From the sequence record MW862804: a stretch of DNA of 44,281 bases; one strand, given 5' to 3'. The DNA is from Escherichia phage UAE_MI-01. Positions 16,984 through 26,391 of the stretch are shown here, one piece after another. A program made the translations under genes and the position numbers. The notes beneath the pieces were generated by a model. That model saw only the letters and a program-made list of their open reading frames with translations, had not been told where the DNA came from and made no database searches. The stretch's first letter is position 1; the number at the start of each line of letters is the position of its first letter.

Positions 16984-19242
16984 TTTTAAATCGTCATCGG
17001 TCGCTGAAAGCGTGATAGGGATATCCGATTTGATGACCAAATTAGACGACCCATAGATGGCCCCGGTGTGCGGATCGGTATAGAAACCTATCACTCCGCG
17101 CTCCACCATATCGTCGATTGCCTTCGTCGAAGTGCCACCTTTTGCGAGTCCCGCCTGGCGGACGATTGCCGATTTACTGAATCCGGTATGGTCCGGGTTA
17201 TCTTCCATCAGTTTTTCCAGTGCCGCATAAAGCACTTTCTCTTTTTCATTGCGCGGTCCGGCGGTGTTCTCTTCCTTAACTGCGGCCTTGCCTGCTGCCT
17301 TCGCCTGTTCGATGGCGAACGGTGCCAGGGCAACCGGTACAAGATACAGCGTCTCATCGCGCGGGGTGGATGCAATCGGCTTGACGTCCCAACCGGCAAC
17401 CACATCTCCGAAGTCTGGCCCGGTGCTGGTGGACTGGTGTGCCTCGAACGCTTCTGACTTGCGGAGATCCACCTTAACTTTGCACTTGAGCAGGACGAAG
17501 CCGCGCGGCGCTTGCTTGATGCCGTTACGTGACTTTTCGTGATACAGGTTCAATTGTCCGGGCTGGTTGTCGTCCGGCTGTTCCAGGAAGAAAGCGGAAT
17601 CGACAGCACCATGCAGCGCGCCGGACCCGCGTGGGGTTCTGCTGCCGTTTGCACCTTTCGCCGGGTGGTGAATGACGCCCGCACTGCCACCTGTGTTTTC
17701 CGCGATGGCCTTCAGAGCTTTGACCACTTCGCCCATATCGCTGGCGTTGTTCTCGTCGAACGGTTTAGCATCGGCGGACCGCAACGCAACCGTCTGGTTG
17801 AGTGAGTCGAACGCCACCAGGCCAACCGGCTCGCCGTTAGCGGTGCGGTTGATAAAGCTGATAACTTCACGCAAGCCAGATTTGCTGGTGATATCCCAGC
17901 CGCGGGATTGCAGATCGATAATGTGCAGCTTGTCCAGGTCGTGCTCGTATTTAATCTGCAATGCTTCTTTACGCTGGTTGGAGGCTTCACCACCTTCCGC
18001 GTCGAAATAGAAGCAATGAGACTGGACGACCTTCGCACCGCCGAACGGGATCCCTGCGGCAACCGCGCCCATTTGGCCCAGCACATAGAAAGACTTACCG
18101 ATATTCGACTCACCCGCCATGTACCAGGTCGATTTAAAGTTAATCAACCCCTCGATAATCGGGTCGTGCTTACTGAACAGCGCGACCGGCTCGTTATCCA
18201 GATCCGCATCGGTGCACACGCCGTATTCTTCGCCGTCGCCAACCGCATCAACAATATGTTCGTATAAGGATTCGACTTCCTCGTCGTCCAGCCCCGGAAG
18301 GATGGCGGCGATTTGCTTGCGCGACATGTTGTGTGGCTCGACGTTCAGGTGGTCCGGGATCCCGATAAGACGCAGCGCCAGGTGCTGGTGTCTGTTCAGT
18401 TCCGAGCAACACTCGTTGCCGGTGTGCATACACTTGAAACGGATCTCGCCATCCTTGACCATAATGGCGGTGGACCCTTCGCCGCTGTGCAGATGTTCGT
18501 TCGGGCACGGCACTTCATAACCGCGACCGGAAGATAACTCCTCGAATCCTGCCTGGAAGCACCAGTCCAGAATGCCGTCTGCCACTGCGTCGTCGCCCTG
18601 GGTCAGTTCGCGGCGGACTTCCTCTTTCTCAACTCCCAGCTTGTCCGCCAGGCGGAGCAGACGACGGACGCGGGCGCGCTTGCCATAGTGGCATTTAATA
18701 ACAGACTGCTGGTGTGGCAGGTACATCAGGCGGTTTGTGTCTTTCGTGCAGTCGTCGAAGTCCACATCTGACAGGCCCAGTTGGTGTAATAGCGCATACT
18801 GGACACGGCCCAGGTCTTCAGCCGGTACAGGCTTGTCAGTGAGTACCAGGAATCGAGCGCAACGCGTGCCGCCTTTCAGTGGGTGACGGTCGCCGGTTGT
18901 GGTGTGGAAGACGTGCTCCAGCCCCGCGTCAGTGAACGCCTTACGGCAACGGCGTAAAGTGCGGGTGTCGGTGCGGTCAATATCGAAGAACAGGATCGAG
19001 CGGTCCACCGCACTGGTCTTACGACGCAATCCGTCACTGGTATACGCCACGATGCCGTCGGCCTTACGCTTGCGGCGCGCATACTCGGCTTTATCTTCTG
19101 TCTTGTTGATATGCACCGAGGAGATTTCTTTCGCATCTTTGATAAATTCGAAAAATTCATCGGTGGTCATCTGGAAGTTTTCCGCCCTGGCTTTTTCGCC
19201 TTTTTTAGCGGGTCTTGTTACAGCGAATTTAATTAAGCTCAT
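16978..19242 (-). CDS. Bifunctional primase-polymerase / P-loop (RecA/DnaB-like) replicative NTPase
   Basis: 754 aa; N-terminal FFDIDR-type primase-polymerase motif, Cys/His zinc-binding cluster, Walker A GESNIGKS in C-terminal half. Confidence 0.7.
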   Translation of the reverse strand: MSLIKFAVTRPAKKGEKARAENFQMTTDEFFEFIKDAKEISSVHINKTEDKAEYARRKRKADGIVAYTSDGLRRKTSAVDRSILFFDIDRTDTRTLRRCRKAFTDAGLEHVFHTTTGDRHPLKGGTRCARFLVLTDKPVPAEDLGRVQYALLHQLGLSDVDFDDCTKDTNRLMYLPHQQSVIKCHYGKRARVRRLLRLADKLGVEKEEVRRELTQGDDAVADGILDWCFQAGFEELSSGRGYEVPCPNEHLHSGEGSTAIMVKDGEIRFKCMHTGNECCSELNRHQHLALRLIGIPDHLNVEPHNMSRKQIAAILPGLDDEEVESLYEHIVDAVGDGEEYGVCTDADLDNEPVALFSKHDPIIEGLINFKSTWYMAGESNIGKSFYVLGQMGAVAAGIPFGGAKVVQSHCFYFDAEGGEASNQRKEALQIKYEHDLDKLHIIDLQSRGWDITSKSGLREVISFINRTANGEPVGLVAFDSLNQTVALRSADAKPFDENNASDMGEVVKALKAIAENTGGSAGVIHHPAKGANGSRTPRGSGALHGAVDSAFFLEQPDDNQPGQLNLYHEKSRNGIKQAPRGFVLLKCKVKVDLRKSEAFEAHQSTSTGPDFGDVVAGWDVKPIASTPRDETLYLVPVALAPFAIEQAKAAGKAAVKEENTAGPRNEKEKVLYAALEKLMEDNPDHTGFSKSAIVRQAGLAKGGTSTKAIDDMVERGVIGFYTDPHTGAIYGSSNLVIKSDIPITLSATDDDLKD

Positions 19243-19252
19243 TGCCGTGGCC

Positions 19253-19582
19253 TTACTTAGAAGTTTTATTATTGCGTACCCAGGAGCGCACTGTGCTCTG
19301 ATTAATCCCAGTCAACTCGGCAATCATCGCCCATGATTTGCCCTCGGCGCGCAAACGGATAACCTGCTTTTTGTATTCTTCCATTTCTTCATTGTGCTTC
19401 TGCAGCTTGCTTGCTGCCGTGCCGTTGAGCAATTCCAGCCTGGCGCGTAATTCTTTTTCTACACTGCGCAGACGTTCAATCTCAAATAGCACCGCCCCCA
19501 CGGCATCGGTATACGCCCATGACCGGCTTGTCTCACTGCAAACAGTCTTCGTTAACATTTCGATTGCGTCGTTGATATTCAT
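19253..19582 (-). CDS. HTH DNA-binding regulator (putative)
   Basis: 109 aa; coiled-coil middle, C-terminal HTH-like segment (KSWAMIAELTGINQSTVRSWVRN); palindrome GTTGGT-taatga-ACCAAC 14 nt upstream of its start. Confidence 0.5.
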   Translation of the reverse strand: MNINDAIEMLTKTVCSETSRSWAYTDAVGAVLFEIERLRSVEKELRARLELLNGTAASKLQKHNEEMEEYKKQVIRLRAEGKSWAMIAELTGINQSTVRSWVRNNKTSK

Positions 19583-19759
19583 TGCTCTGCCCTCAGTTGG
19601 TTAATGACCAACGAAACTACACCTAAAACCGAAAGGTGTCAAATCCTTTGGATATTGAAACGGGCGCGCACGCGTGTAATAATAATTCCCGTCTCATTGT
19701 CTCTTATTGGTTAGCGCCGTCGCATTTTGCCTCGGCGCTTTTTTTTTTGAAATTAGTTG

Positions 19760-19788
19760 TTGACTCCCTTCTGCAACCAATCTAATAT
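19760..19788 (+). promoter_or_regulatory. Sigma70-like early promoter (TTGACT-17 bp-TAATAT) with CAACCAAT motif in the spacer and a T10 tract upstream
   Basis: Direct reading of the -35/-10 hexamers and spacing. Confidence 0.55.
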
Positions 19789-19984
19789 TCACTCCGTCGA
19801 CAGGATGCAGGACGCAAACTGGAGAGGGGCAACGCAGGGGCCGGATCGAAGTGTCAGGATTCCCAACCGTGATTATATAACCAGGTCCACTACCCGAAAG
19901 GGAGAACGCGTAACCTGGCAATATGTTAAGGCCACCGACGAAGTTTACTGCCGACACCTAAACTTAACCAATCGGAGATACACC

Positions 19985-20527
19985 ATGTTTGAACAAATCG
20001 TAAACCTGATCACTCGCGGCGTAGTAGCACTGGAAATCATCGCTAAACATTATGAAACCGTTGGCGCTGCCGTAGACCCAAAAGCAAACGGCACTGCTAA
20101 GAAAGGCAAGGCCAAGCCAGATACTGAAGTCGAAGACGACGACGATCAGGACGAAGTCGAAGATACGCCTAAAACGAAAAAAGGCGCGGCAAAAGAAACC
20201 AAGTCTAAAGGTAAGGCCAAAAAAGAAGTCGTAGAAGATGACGACGACGATGACGCCGATGACGTGAAGCCAGCGAAGGGTAAAAAAGCTCCGGCGAAAG
20301 GCAAAGGCAAGAAAGATGCCGATCCGCTGGCAGAGATGCGCGACGAGATCAAACAGTATGCCGCTATTATCGCTGGTGGTGACGACGACGATGCCAACGA
20401 CGAATTCGACGACCTGCTGGAAGCGTTCGAGATCAAATCAATCGCCAAGCTGGAAGATGACGACGTCGAAGACTTCCACAAAGACCTGAAAGAAATCGTC
20501 GAAACCTATTTCGAATTGGAAGATTAA
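19985..20527 (+). CDS. Highly charged early protein with alternating Lys-rich and Asp/Glu-rich blocks
   Basis: ATG 19985 with GGAGAT RBS; first gene of the plus-strand operon; followed by terminator. Confidence 0.55.
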   Translation: MFEQIVNLITRGVVALEIIAKHYETVGAAVDPKANGTAKKGKAKPDTEVEDDDDQDEVEDTPKTKKGAAKETKSKGKAKKEVVEDDDDDDADDVKPAKGKKAPAKGKGKKDADPLAEMRDEIKQYAAIIAGGDDDDANDEFDDLLEAFEIKSIAKLEDDDVEDFHKDLKEIVETYFELED

Positions 20528-20533
20528 TGTATT

Positions 20534-20561
20534 CCGGCCCGCTAATCTGCGGGCCTCTTTT
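20534..20561 (+). terminator. Rho-independent terminator
   Basis: CCGGCCCGC-taatct-GCGGGCC followed by TCTTTT. Confidence 0.6.
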
Positions 20562-20574
20562 AGAGGACGAGACA

Positions 20575-20826
20575 ATGGCACGATTCACGCTAATCGAGGC
20601 GGTGGATTCCCGCGACCAGCGCCCGTACTATTGGCTATTCGAACGCATCGGCAGCTTTCAGTCACGAGTTGCCGTAATAGATAAACGCCGTAACACCCCC
20701 GCGCAAATTAAGCGCACCACCTTTACTAACCCCGACTTTTATATTTGGGCAGACTCCAATCTGGAATATGTTCGCTTCGCGGTTGCATCCGAAGCAAGAA
20801 CGATTGACCGCTGGGAGACGAAATAA
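20575..20826 (+). CDS. Hypothetical protein
   Basis: ATG 20575 with GAGGA RBS. Confidence 0.45.
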   Translation: MARFTLIEAVDSRDQRPYYWLFERIGSFQSRVAVIDKRRNTPAQIKRTTFTNPDFYIWADSNLEYVRFAVASEARTIDRWETK

Positions 20827-21015
20827 ATGGCTATATTCTTTGTTTTATTTCGTTGCCGTATTACCGGCGATGAGCAACCGGAAATCGTTATGAATCAGAA
20901 CTGGAATTGCTGCTGGATGCAAGCCCGAGGACTGGCGGCTACCATGAACGAAGCCGCGAAGCGGGCTGGGGTTAAACATGAATATTACATTGCTCAGTTT
21001 TCAAGGGTGGAATAA
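20827..21015 (+). CDS. Small hypothetical protein
   Basis: ATG directly after upstream stop; 62 aa. Confidence 0.35.
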   Translation: MAIFFVLFRCRITGDEQPEIVMNQNWNCCWMQARGLAATMNEAAKRAGVKHEYYIAQFSRVE

Positions 21016-22445
21016 TGGCGATTAAACCAAAACGTAAAACGCAATCCGGTAGCAATACGGAACACTCATTACTTGGTCCATCCGGTGCTAAAAAATGGAT
21101 GGGTTGCCCTGCCGCCCTGGTGGTGGAAAAAGATATCCCGAACGAATCCGGGCAAGCCGCGATTAACGGTACGAGTATGCACACCGTATCGGAGGTGGTG
21201 CTAAACCGCATTATCGCCGGTGAGAAGCTGATAACCGCGAAGACGTATAAAGGGTGCTACGTCGAGAACGAAGGCAAGGGGCCAGTAAAGGCACACCCGA
21301 AAGCACCGAAAGGCGGCGTACTGGTCAATGACGACATGGTGAAACAGTGCGACGCGTACATCGACCACTGGCGACCGCTCCTCGAAGTGGCGGAGTTTGT
21401 CCAGCTTGAGATGCGCGCCGATCTGACCCGCGTCCTTCACTCAGGCTACGAGATCGACGGCAACCGGATTAAAACGTTCGGTACTGCCGATATGGTCATG
21501 GTCATGAAAAAGACCGACGGTACGTACATGCTGATTGTTGGCGACCTGAAGACCGGGCGGCATAAGGTCGAGGCAAAAGAAAACAAACAGCTTATGTTGT
21601 ACGCGCTCGGCCTGCTGCGCAAGCTGCAAACCATGTACGACATTACGACCGTTCGCCTGGTTATCTTCCAGCCGTATTGCGGCGGGGCGTCGGAGTGGGA
21701 TATTTCGGTAGAAGCGCTGGAGATATTCGCGAAGTTTGCATCCAAGCGCGCTATTGCCGCACTGGAGGCGTATTCCCGAGGCAAGAAGGGGCTTACACGT
21801 GCCGACTTCCGTCCCAGCGTTGATGCGTGCCAGTGGTGCAGATTTGCGGATCAGTGTAGCGCCAGGGCGAAGGCCGCAATCGATACGATGACACCCCCAA
21901 CGGCAACCGACGAAGACCTGGGCGACGACGTGAGTATTGCGACTGCGGAAGAATGCGCCAACCATGACCGCAATATGACCCGCGAAGCCCGGAAGGCGGC
22001 ACGACGTGCGAAGCGTGGTAAGAAAGAAGCGGCCCCCGGGGCTATGAGCGCGGAGGAACTGCGCAAGGCTTATGAAGGCCTGGACGCAATGCGCCAGCAC
22101 ATCAAAGCTATCGAGTCCGCGGTATTCAAAGCGGTAATGGCGGGTGATGGCGAATCGCTGGGCCTCAAGATGGTCGCCGGTAAGGAAGGGATCCGTAAGT
22201 GGGCGGACGAGAGCGAAGTGATTGAAATCTTCACGAAGGCCCGGATCAAGCGCGATGTGATGTACAAAGAAACATTGCTCAGCCCTACGGATGCCGAGAA
22301 GGTACTGAAGGACGAAAAACCGAAAGTGTGGGCTAAGCTGTGTGATAAAATCACACGCGCGCCAGCTAAACCGGTGTTAGCACCGATCGACGACCCGCGC
22401 CCTGCGTGGTCGGAAGCTACTGACGAGGACTTAAGCAATGAATAA
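21015..22445 (+). CDS. PD-(D/E)xK exonuclease (Cas4/RecB-like, DUF2800-type)
   Basis: D...VGDLKTG motif, C-terminal Cys cluster CQWCRFADQC; position in PolA replication module. Confidence 0.55.
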   Translation: MAIKPKRKTQSGSNTEHSLLGPSGAKKWMGCPAALVVEKDIPNESGQAAINGTSMHTVSEVVLNRIIAGEKLITAKTYKGCYVENEGKGPVKAHPKAPKGGVLVNDDMVKQCDAYIDHWRPLLEVAEFVQLEMRADLTRVLHSGYEIDGNRIKTFGTADMVMVMKKTDGTYMLIVGDLKTGRHKVEAKENKQLMLYALGLLRKLQTMYDITTVRLVIFQPYCGGASEWDISVEALEIFAKFASKRAIAALEAYSRGKKGLTRADFRPSVDACQWCRFADQCSARAKAAIDTMTPPTATDEDLGDDVSIATAEECANHDRNMTREARKAARRAKRGKKEAAPGAMSAEELRKAYEGLDAMRQHIKAIESAVFKAVMAGDGESLGLKMVAGKEGIRKWADESEVIEIFTKARIKRDVMYKETLLSPTDAEKVLKDEKPKVWAKLCDKITRAPAKPVLAPIDDPRPAWSEATDEDLSNE

Positions 22446-22680
22446 AGTATTTGCAATCTTATTGATGTTTTTGCTCGGCGCGCTGGGCTTTATCCTGCAT
22501 TGCGTGCAAGGCGTGTTAATGGTGGCGTGGATGATTCGCCATCCGACCCGCTGGCTGGATGACGGCTATAGCGAAGTTGCCGTCGATTGGGTGGAAAAGA
22601 ACATCGACCGACCGCCGCTAAGCTGGATCGAGAACGCCACCAACTACGTTACCAGAAATCTTTTTAGTGAAAATGCTTGA
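22438..22680 (+). CDS. Small membrane protein
   Basis: 80 aa; two hydrophobic segments; start overlaps upstream stop. Confidence 0.4.
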   Translation: MNKVFAILLMFLLGALGFILHCVQGVLMVAWMIRHPTRWLDDGYSEVAVDWVEKNIDRPPLSWIENATNYVTRNLFSENA

Positions 22681-22770
22681 CCGCTTAGGCGCAACCAAGT
22701 AGATTAGCAACCAAGCCGAACGGGGTGGCTTCCAATAACCCCGATACATGTGAAAATGAGGAATTGGAAA

Positions 22771-23556
22771 ATGGCTAAAGTCAACCTGAAAAATGTGCGC
22801 GTATGTTTCCTGAAAATTTGGGAACGTGATACCCCTAAACAGGACGGACAAAAACCGGCATACCGCGCCGTGATTCTTCTTGATAAAGAAGATCCGCAGG
22901 TGGACAAAGTGGAAGCGGCAGCGCGCGCAGTGCTCACCGACAAGCTGAAATCCGAGAAGAATGCCGATAAGTGGATGGACCGCCACTACGCCCAGGATTC
23001 TAAGGAATGTGCAGTTCGCGACGGCGACGAGCGCGATGAAGTAACCGAAGAATTCGAAGGAATGTTGTACATCAACGCTAAATCGTTCAAACAGCCAAAC
23101 ATCCAAACGTCACTCGGCGAGAAGCAGACCGAACAGGGTCTGACCGTAGAAGGCGACGAAATCGAAGGCCAGGAGATCTACTCCGGTTGTTATTGCAATG
23201 TGTCACTGGATATTTGGGCGTGGAACAACACCAACGGCAAGGGACTCGGTGCTGGACTGCTGGGTTTACGCTTCCGTGATGACGGTGAAGCCTTCGGCGG
23301 TGGCGGATCTTCGTGCTCCGATGAAGACCTGGACAACGACGACGAAGATGAAAGCCCGCGCAAGTCCAAAAAGTCAAAACGTCGTGATGACGATGACGAA
23401 GACGACAAGCCGCGCAAGTCCAAAAAGTCCAAGCGCCGCGATGACGACGATGATGACGAAGACGAGAAACCTCGTAAACGTCGTAAGCCACGCGATGACG
23501 AAGATGATGAGGACGACGACGAAGACGAAGCACCACGCAAACGTCGCCGCCGTTAA
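22771..23556 (+). CDS. ssDNA-binding protein-like (DUF2815-type, putative) with C-terminal basic/acidic repeats
   Basis: ATG 22771 with GAGGAA RBS; synteny between DUF2800-like nuclease and PolA; C-terminus built from 54-63-nt tandem DNA repeats. Confidence 0.4.
   Translation: MAKVNLKNVRVCFLKIWERDTPKQDGQKPAYRAVILLDKEDPQVDKVEAAARAVLTDKLKSEKNADKWMDRHYAQDSKECAVRDGDERDEVTEEFEGMLYINAKSFKQPNIQTSLGEKQTEQGLTVEGDEIEGQEIYSGCYCNVSLDIWAWNNTNGKGLGAGLLGLRFRDDGEAFGGGGSSCSDEDLDNDDEDESPRKSKKSKRRDDDDEDDKPRKSKKSKRRDDDDDDEDEKPRKRRKPRDDEDDEDDDEDEAPRKRRRR
23356..23556 (+). repeat. Imperfect tandem coding repeats (54, 60 and 63 nt) encoding PRKSKKSKRRDDDD(E/D)n units
   Basis: Direct reading. Confidence 0.8.
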
Positions 23557-23574
23557 GGGCAAAGCCCACTATTC

Positions 23575-23597
23575 AAGCCCGCTTAGTGCGGGCTTTT
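23575..23597 (+). terminator. Rho-independent terminator
   Basis: AAGCCCGC-ttagt-GCGGGCTT followed by TTTT. Confidence 0.65.
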
Positions 23598-23614
23598 TAA
23601 TAGGACAATGGAAA

Positions 23615-23785
23615 ATGCGCATTAAAGCCAGCGAAGTAAAAGTCGGAATGCAGGTATGGTCTAAATTGCTGGGCGAGTATTTCACCGTTGCCGAGGTTCG
23701 CAACAACGGCGAGGAGATAACCCTTTCCGACGGTATCTTCTCCATGATCGGCAGCGCCGACGCCGTAGTGAGGATTAAGCAATGA
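23615..23785 (+). CDS. Small hypothetical protein translationally coupled to DNA polymerase
   Basis: ATG 23615 with AGGA RBS; stop overlaps polymerase start (ATGA). Confidence 0.45.
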   Translation: MRIKASEVKVGMQVWSKLLGEYFTVAEVRNNGEEITLSDGIFSMIGSADAVVRIKQ

Positions 23786-26073
23786 AAGACTTTGAACGCC
23801 TGTTTCTCGATACAGAGACATTTAGCGGGGTGGATCTGAAGAAAGCGGGAGCATACGCCTACGCGGAACACCCAACTACTGAGATTATGATTTGCACATA
23901 CGCCATCGACGAGGGCCGCGTGCAGACCTGGGATTGCACCGAATCCCCCACAATGCCGCGTGAACTGCGCAAGGCGCTCCGCCAGGTATCCCGCAAGAAA
24001 GCAAAAATCGTGATGGCTAACGGCCTCCTGTTTGACCGCCTGGTTATTCGCGAGAAGTGGGGCATTGACCTGCCGGTAGGCCAGATCGAAGATACCATGA
24101 TTATGGCCTTTCGCCACGCGCTGCCGGGTAGCCTCGATATGCAATGCCAGGTGCTGGGCGTTGACGCAGAGCACGCGAAGGATAAGGCGGGCAAGGCGCT
24201 GATCAAACGATTCTGTAAGCCAACCCCTAAGACCTACAAAATCCGCCGCTACACGCGCGAGACGCACCCCGAGGAGTGGGCTAAATTCCTGCGCTATGCC
24301 GCGCTTGACATTATAGCGATGAGGGAAGTCTACTGGCGCATACCGGACTGGGGTAACACGCCGAAGGAAGATGAAATCCTGCTTATTGACCAGTTGATCA
24401 ACGACCGCGGCTTCTATGTGGACGTTGACCTGGCGAACGCCGCGATCAAAGCGGTGCAGGCGCATAAGGAAGAATTGAAGGAAGAAGCATGGGAGCGCTT
24501 CGGCGGTAAGCTGACTGGCAATGACTTCCTGCCAGCGCTGCGCGACCTCGCGCCTGCGTTCACAATACACAACGCGCAGAAATCCACGCTTAACGACCTG
24601 CTGGAAGACCCGGACTTCCCCGACGAGGGCAAAGTGCTTATCGAGATGCGCCTCGGTGCATCATCAACGGCATCGACTAAGTACAATCCGCTCGTTAATG
24701 GCTTATCTGCAGATGGTCGCCGTCGTGGGTGTCTCCAGTATGGTGGGGCGAAACGCACGCTACGCTGGGCGGGCAAAGGCTTCCAGCCGCAAAACCTGGC
24801 GCGCGGCGAGTATAGCGACGACCACGAAGGGAAGATTAAGCGCCGTGATGGCGAGAGCGACGTTTCTTTTTGGGTCCGGTCGCACATGCTCACCAACGGC
24901 ATCAACTCCCTGTTACGCGGGACAGCGCACTGGGCGTATGACATATCGAAGTTAACGGCCTCGACCGTTCGCGGGTGCATTATCCCGGCTAAGGGCAAGA
25001 AGTTTGTTGTAGCTGACTATTCTAACGTGGAAGGTCGCGGGCTTGCCTGGATCGCTGGTGAGAAAACCGCGCTAATGGTGTTTAGGGCGGGTCGCGATAT
25101 CTATTGTGAAACTGCCGGTAAGATGTTTGGCCTCGACCCGGAATACATCAAAGCCAACCGAAAAGACTTGCGCCAGATTGGTAAGGCGTGCGAATTGGGG
25201 TTGGGCTATGGTGGCGGCGTTGCAGCGTTCCTGCAGTTTGCTAAAAACCTGGGCCTCGACCTTTACACGATGGCGGACGTCATGAAAGGCACATTCCCCG
25301 ATCACATTTGGGCAGCGGCGAAGCGGGGTTATGAATACGCCCGCATTAACGAAGCGAAGCGCCCGCCGAAGCCTGGCAAGAAGGACGAGCGCCCAACTTA
25401 CATACTGCCGAAAAACGTGTGGTTGACGTGTGACGCGATCAAACGTATGTGGCGTGAGGCCCACCCGAAGACGGTAGCCTTTTGGGCAGAGCTTGAGGAC
25501 GCGGTGTTGTGCGCAATCCGCAATCCGGGCAAAGCATACTGGGCTGGCGCTAACGTTCGCCCGGATGGTAAGAAAGCGCTCAAGATAGTGCGCACGAAGG
25601 CGAAGCATGACCCAACCTTCGACGAGGAGCGCGACGACCCGAACGCGGCGGGGTGGTGGCTTAAAATTGAGTTGCCTTCAGGGCGCATCATGAGCTATCC
25701 CGGCATCGCGCTGTCTGTCACGACCGAGATAGACGAGGACACCGGCAAGAAGCGCACCAGTACCCGCATCAAATACCAGGGCGAGAATCAGACGACGCGC
25801 CAGTGGGGCTTCCAGTATACCTACGGCGGCAAACTGACGGAAAACATCGTACAGGCGCTGTGTCGCGATATCCTCGCGTGGTCCATGCCGGGGGTTGAAG
25901 CCGCGGGCTATGAGATCGTACTGTCAGTGCACGATGAATTGATAACCGAAGTGCCGGATACTGACGACTACACGACCGAGGAGCTATGCGCGCTGATGTG
26001 CGACCTGCCTGTTTGGGCGAAAGGCTTCCCGCTTGCCGCTGAAGGCGACATTATGTACAGGTATAGAAAATAA
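23782..26073 (+). CDS. DNA polymerase, family A, with 3'-5' exonuclease domain
   Basis: Exo I motif LFLDTETFS; polymerase motifs DYSNVEGR (A), RQIGKACELGLGYGGG (B), SVHDE (C). Confidence 0.9.
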   Translation: MKDFERLFLDTETFSGVDLKKAGAYAYAEHPTTEIMICTYAIDEGRVQTWDCTESPTMPRELRKALRQVSRKKAKIVMANGLLFDRLVIREKWGIDLPVGQIEDTMIMAFRHALPGSLDMQCQVLGVDAEHAKDKAGKALIKRFCKPTPKTYKIRRYTRETHPEEWAKFLRYAALDIIAMREVYWRIPDWGNTPKEDEILLIDQLINDRGFYVDVDLANAAIKAVQAHKEELKEEAWERFGGKLTGNDFLPALRDLAPAFTIHNAQKSTLNDLLEDPDFPDEGKVLIEMRLGASSTASTKYNPLVNGLSADGRRRGCLQYGGAKRTLRWAGKGFQPQNLARGEYSDDHEGKIKRRDGESDVSFWVRSHMLTNGINSLLRGTAHWAYDISKLTASTVRGCIIPAKGKKFVVADYSNVEGRGLAWIAGEKTALMVFRAGRDIYCETAGKMFGLDPEYIKANRKDLRQIGKACELGLGYGGGVAAFLQFAKNLGLDLYTMADVMKGTFPDHIWAAAKRGYEYARINEAKRPPKPGKKDERPTYILPKNVWLTCDAIKRMWREAHPKTVAFWAELEDAVLCAIRNPGKAYWAGANVRPDGKKALKIVRTKAKHDPTFDEERDDPNAAGWWLKIELPSGRIMSYPGIALSVTTEIDEDTGKKRTSTRIKYQGENQTTRQWGFQYTYGGKLTENIVQALCRDILAWSMPGVEAAGYEIVLSVHDELITEVPDTDDYTTEELCALMCDLPVWAKGFPLAAEGDIMYRYRK

Positions 26074-26351
26074 TGACCCCCGAAGGCAAGATCCAAAGTC
26101 ACCTTATGAAGCTGGTGAAAGCCGTCGGCGGATTCTGCCGTAAAGTGGCATGGGAGGGGCGCGCGGGAGCGCCCGACCTTATAATCATCATCAACGGCAA
26201 GATAGTTTTCGTCGAAGTGAAGCGCCCAGGCGGTAAACCTAAGCCGCACCAGGTACGAGAACATGAGCGAATGGCCCGCCGCGGTGCGGACGTTCGCGTC
26301 ATAGACAACATAGCCGACTGTGATTTATTGGTTGCTGAATTGGTCGCGTAG
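26073..26351 (+). CDS. VRR-NUC domain nuclease
   Basis: 92 aa; ...IVFVEVKRPGGKPKPHQ... signature; ATGA coupling to polymerase. Confidence 0.65.
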   Translation: MTPEGKIQSHLMKLVKAVGGFCRKVAWEGRAGAPDLIIIINGKIVFVEVKRPGGKPKPHQVREHERMARRGADVRVIDNIADCDLLVAELVA

Positions 26352-26391
26352 CGGTATAGTGTGCCGGTTAGCCATATCGAGGATTTTAGAG

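Noticed and set aside
19757-19984. Upstream in-frame extension of the early acidic protein ORF
   Set aside because: Would start within or before the promoter; the ATG at 19985 has a GGAGAT RBS and the extension has none. An alternative ATG at 19805 cannot be excluded without transcript data.
23569-24570. Minus-strand 333-aa ORF
   Set aside because: Antisense to the 5' part of the DNA polymerase gene, whose motifs are unambiguous.
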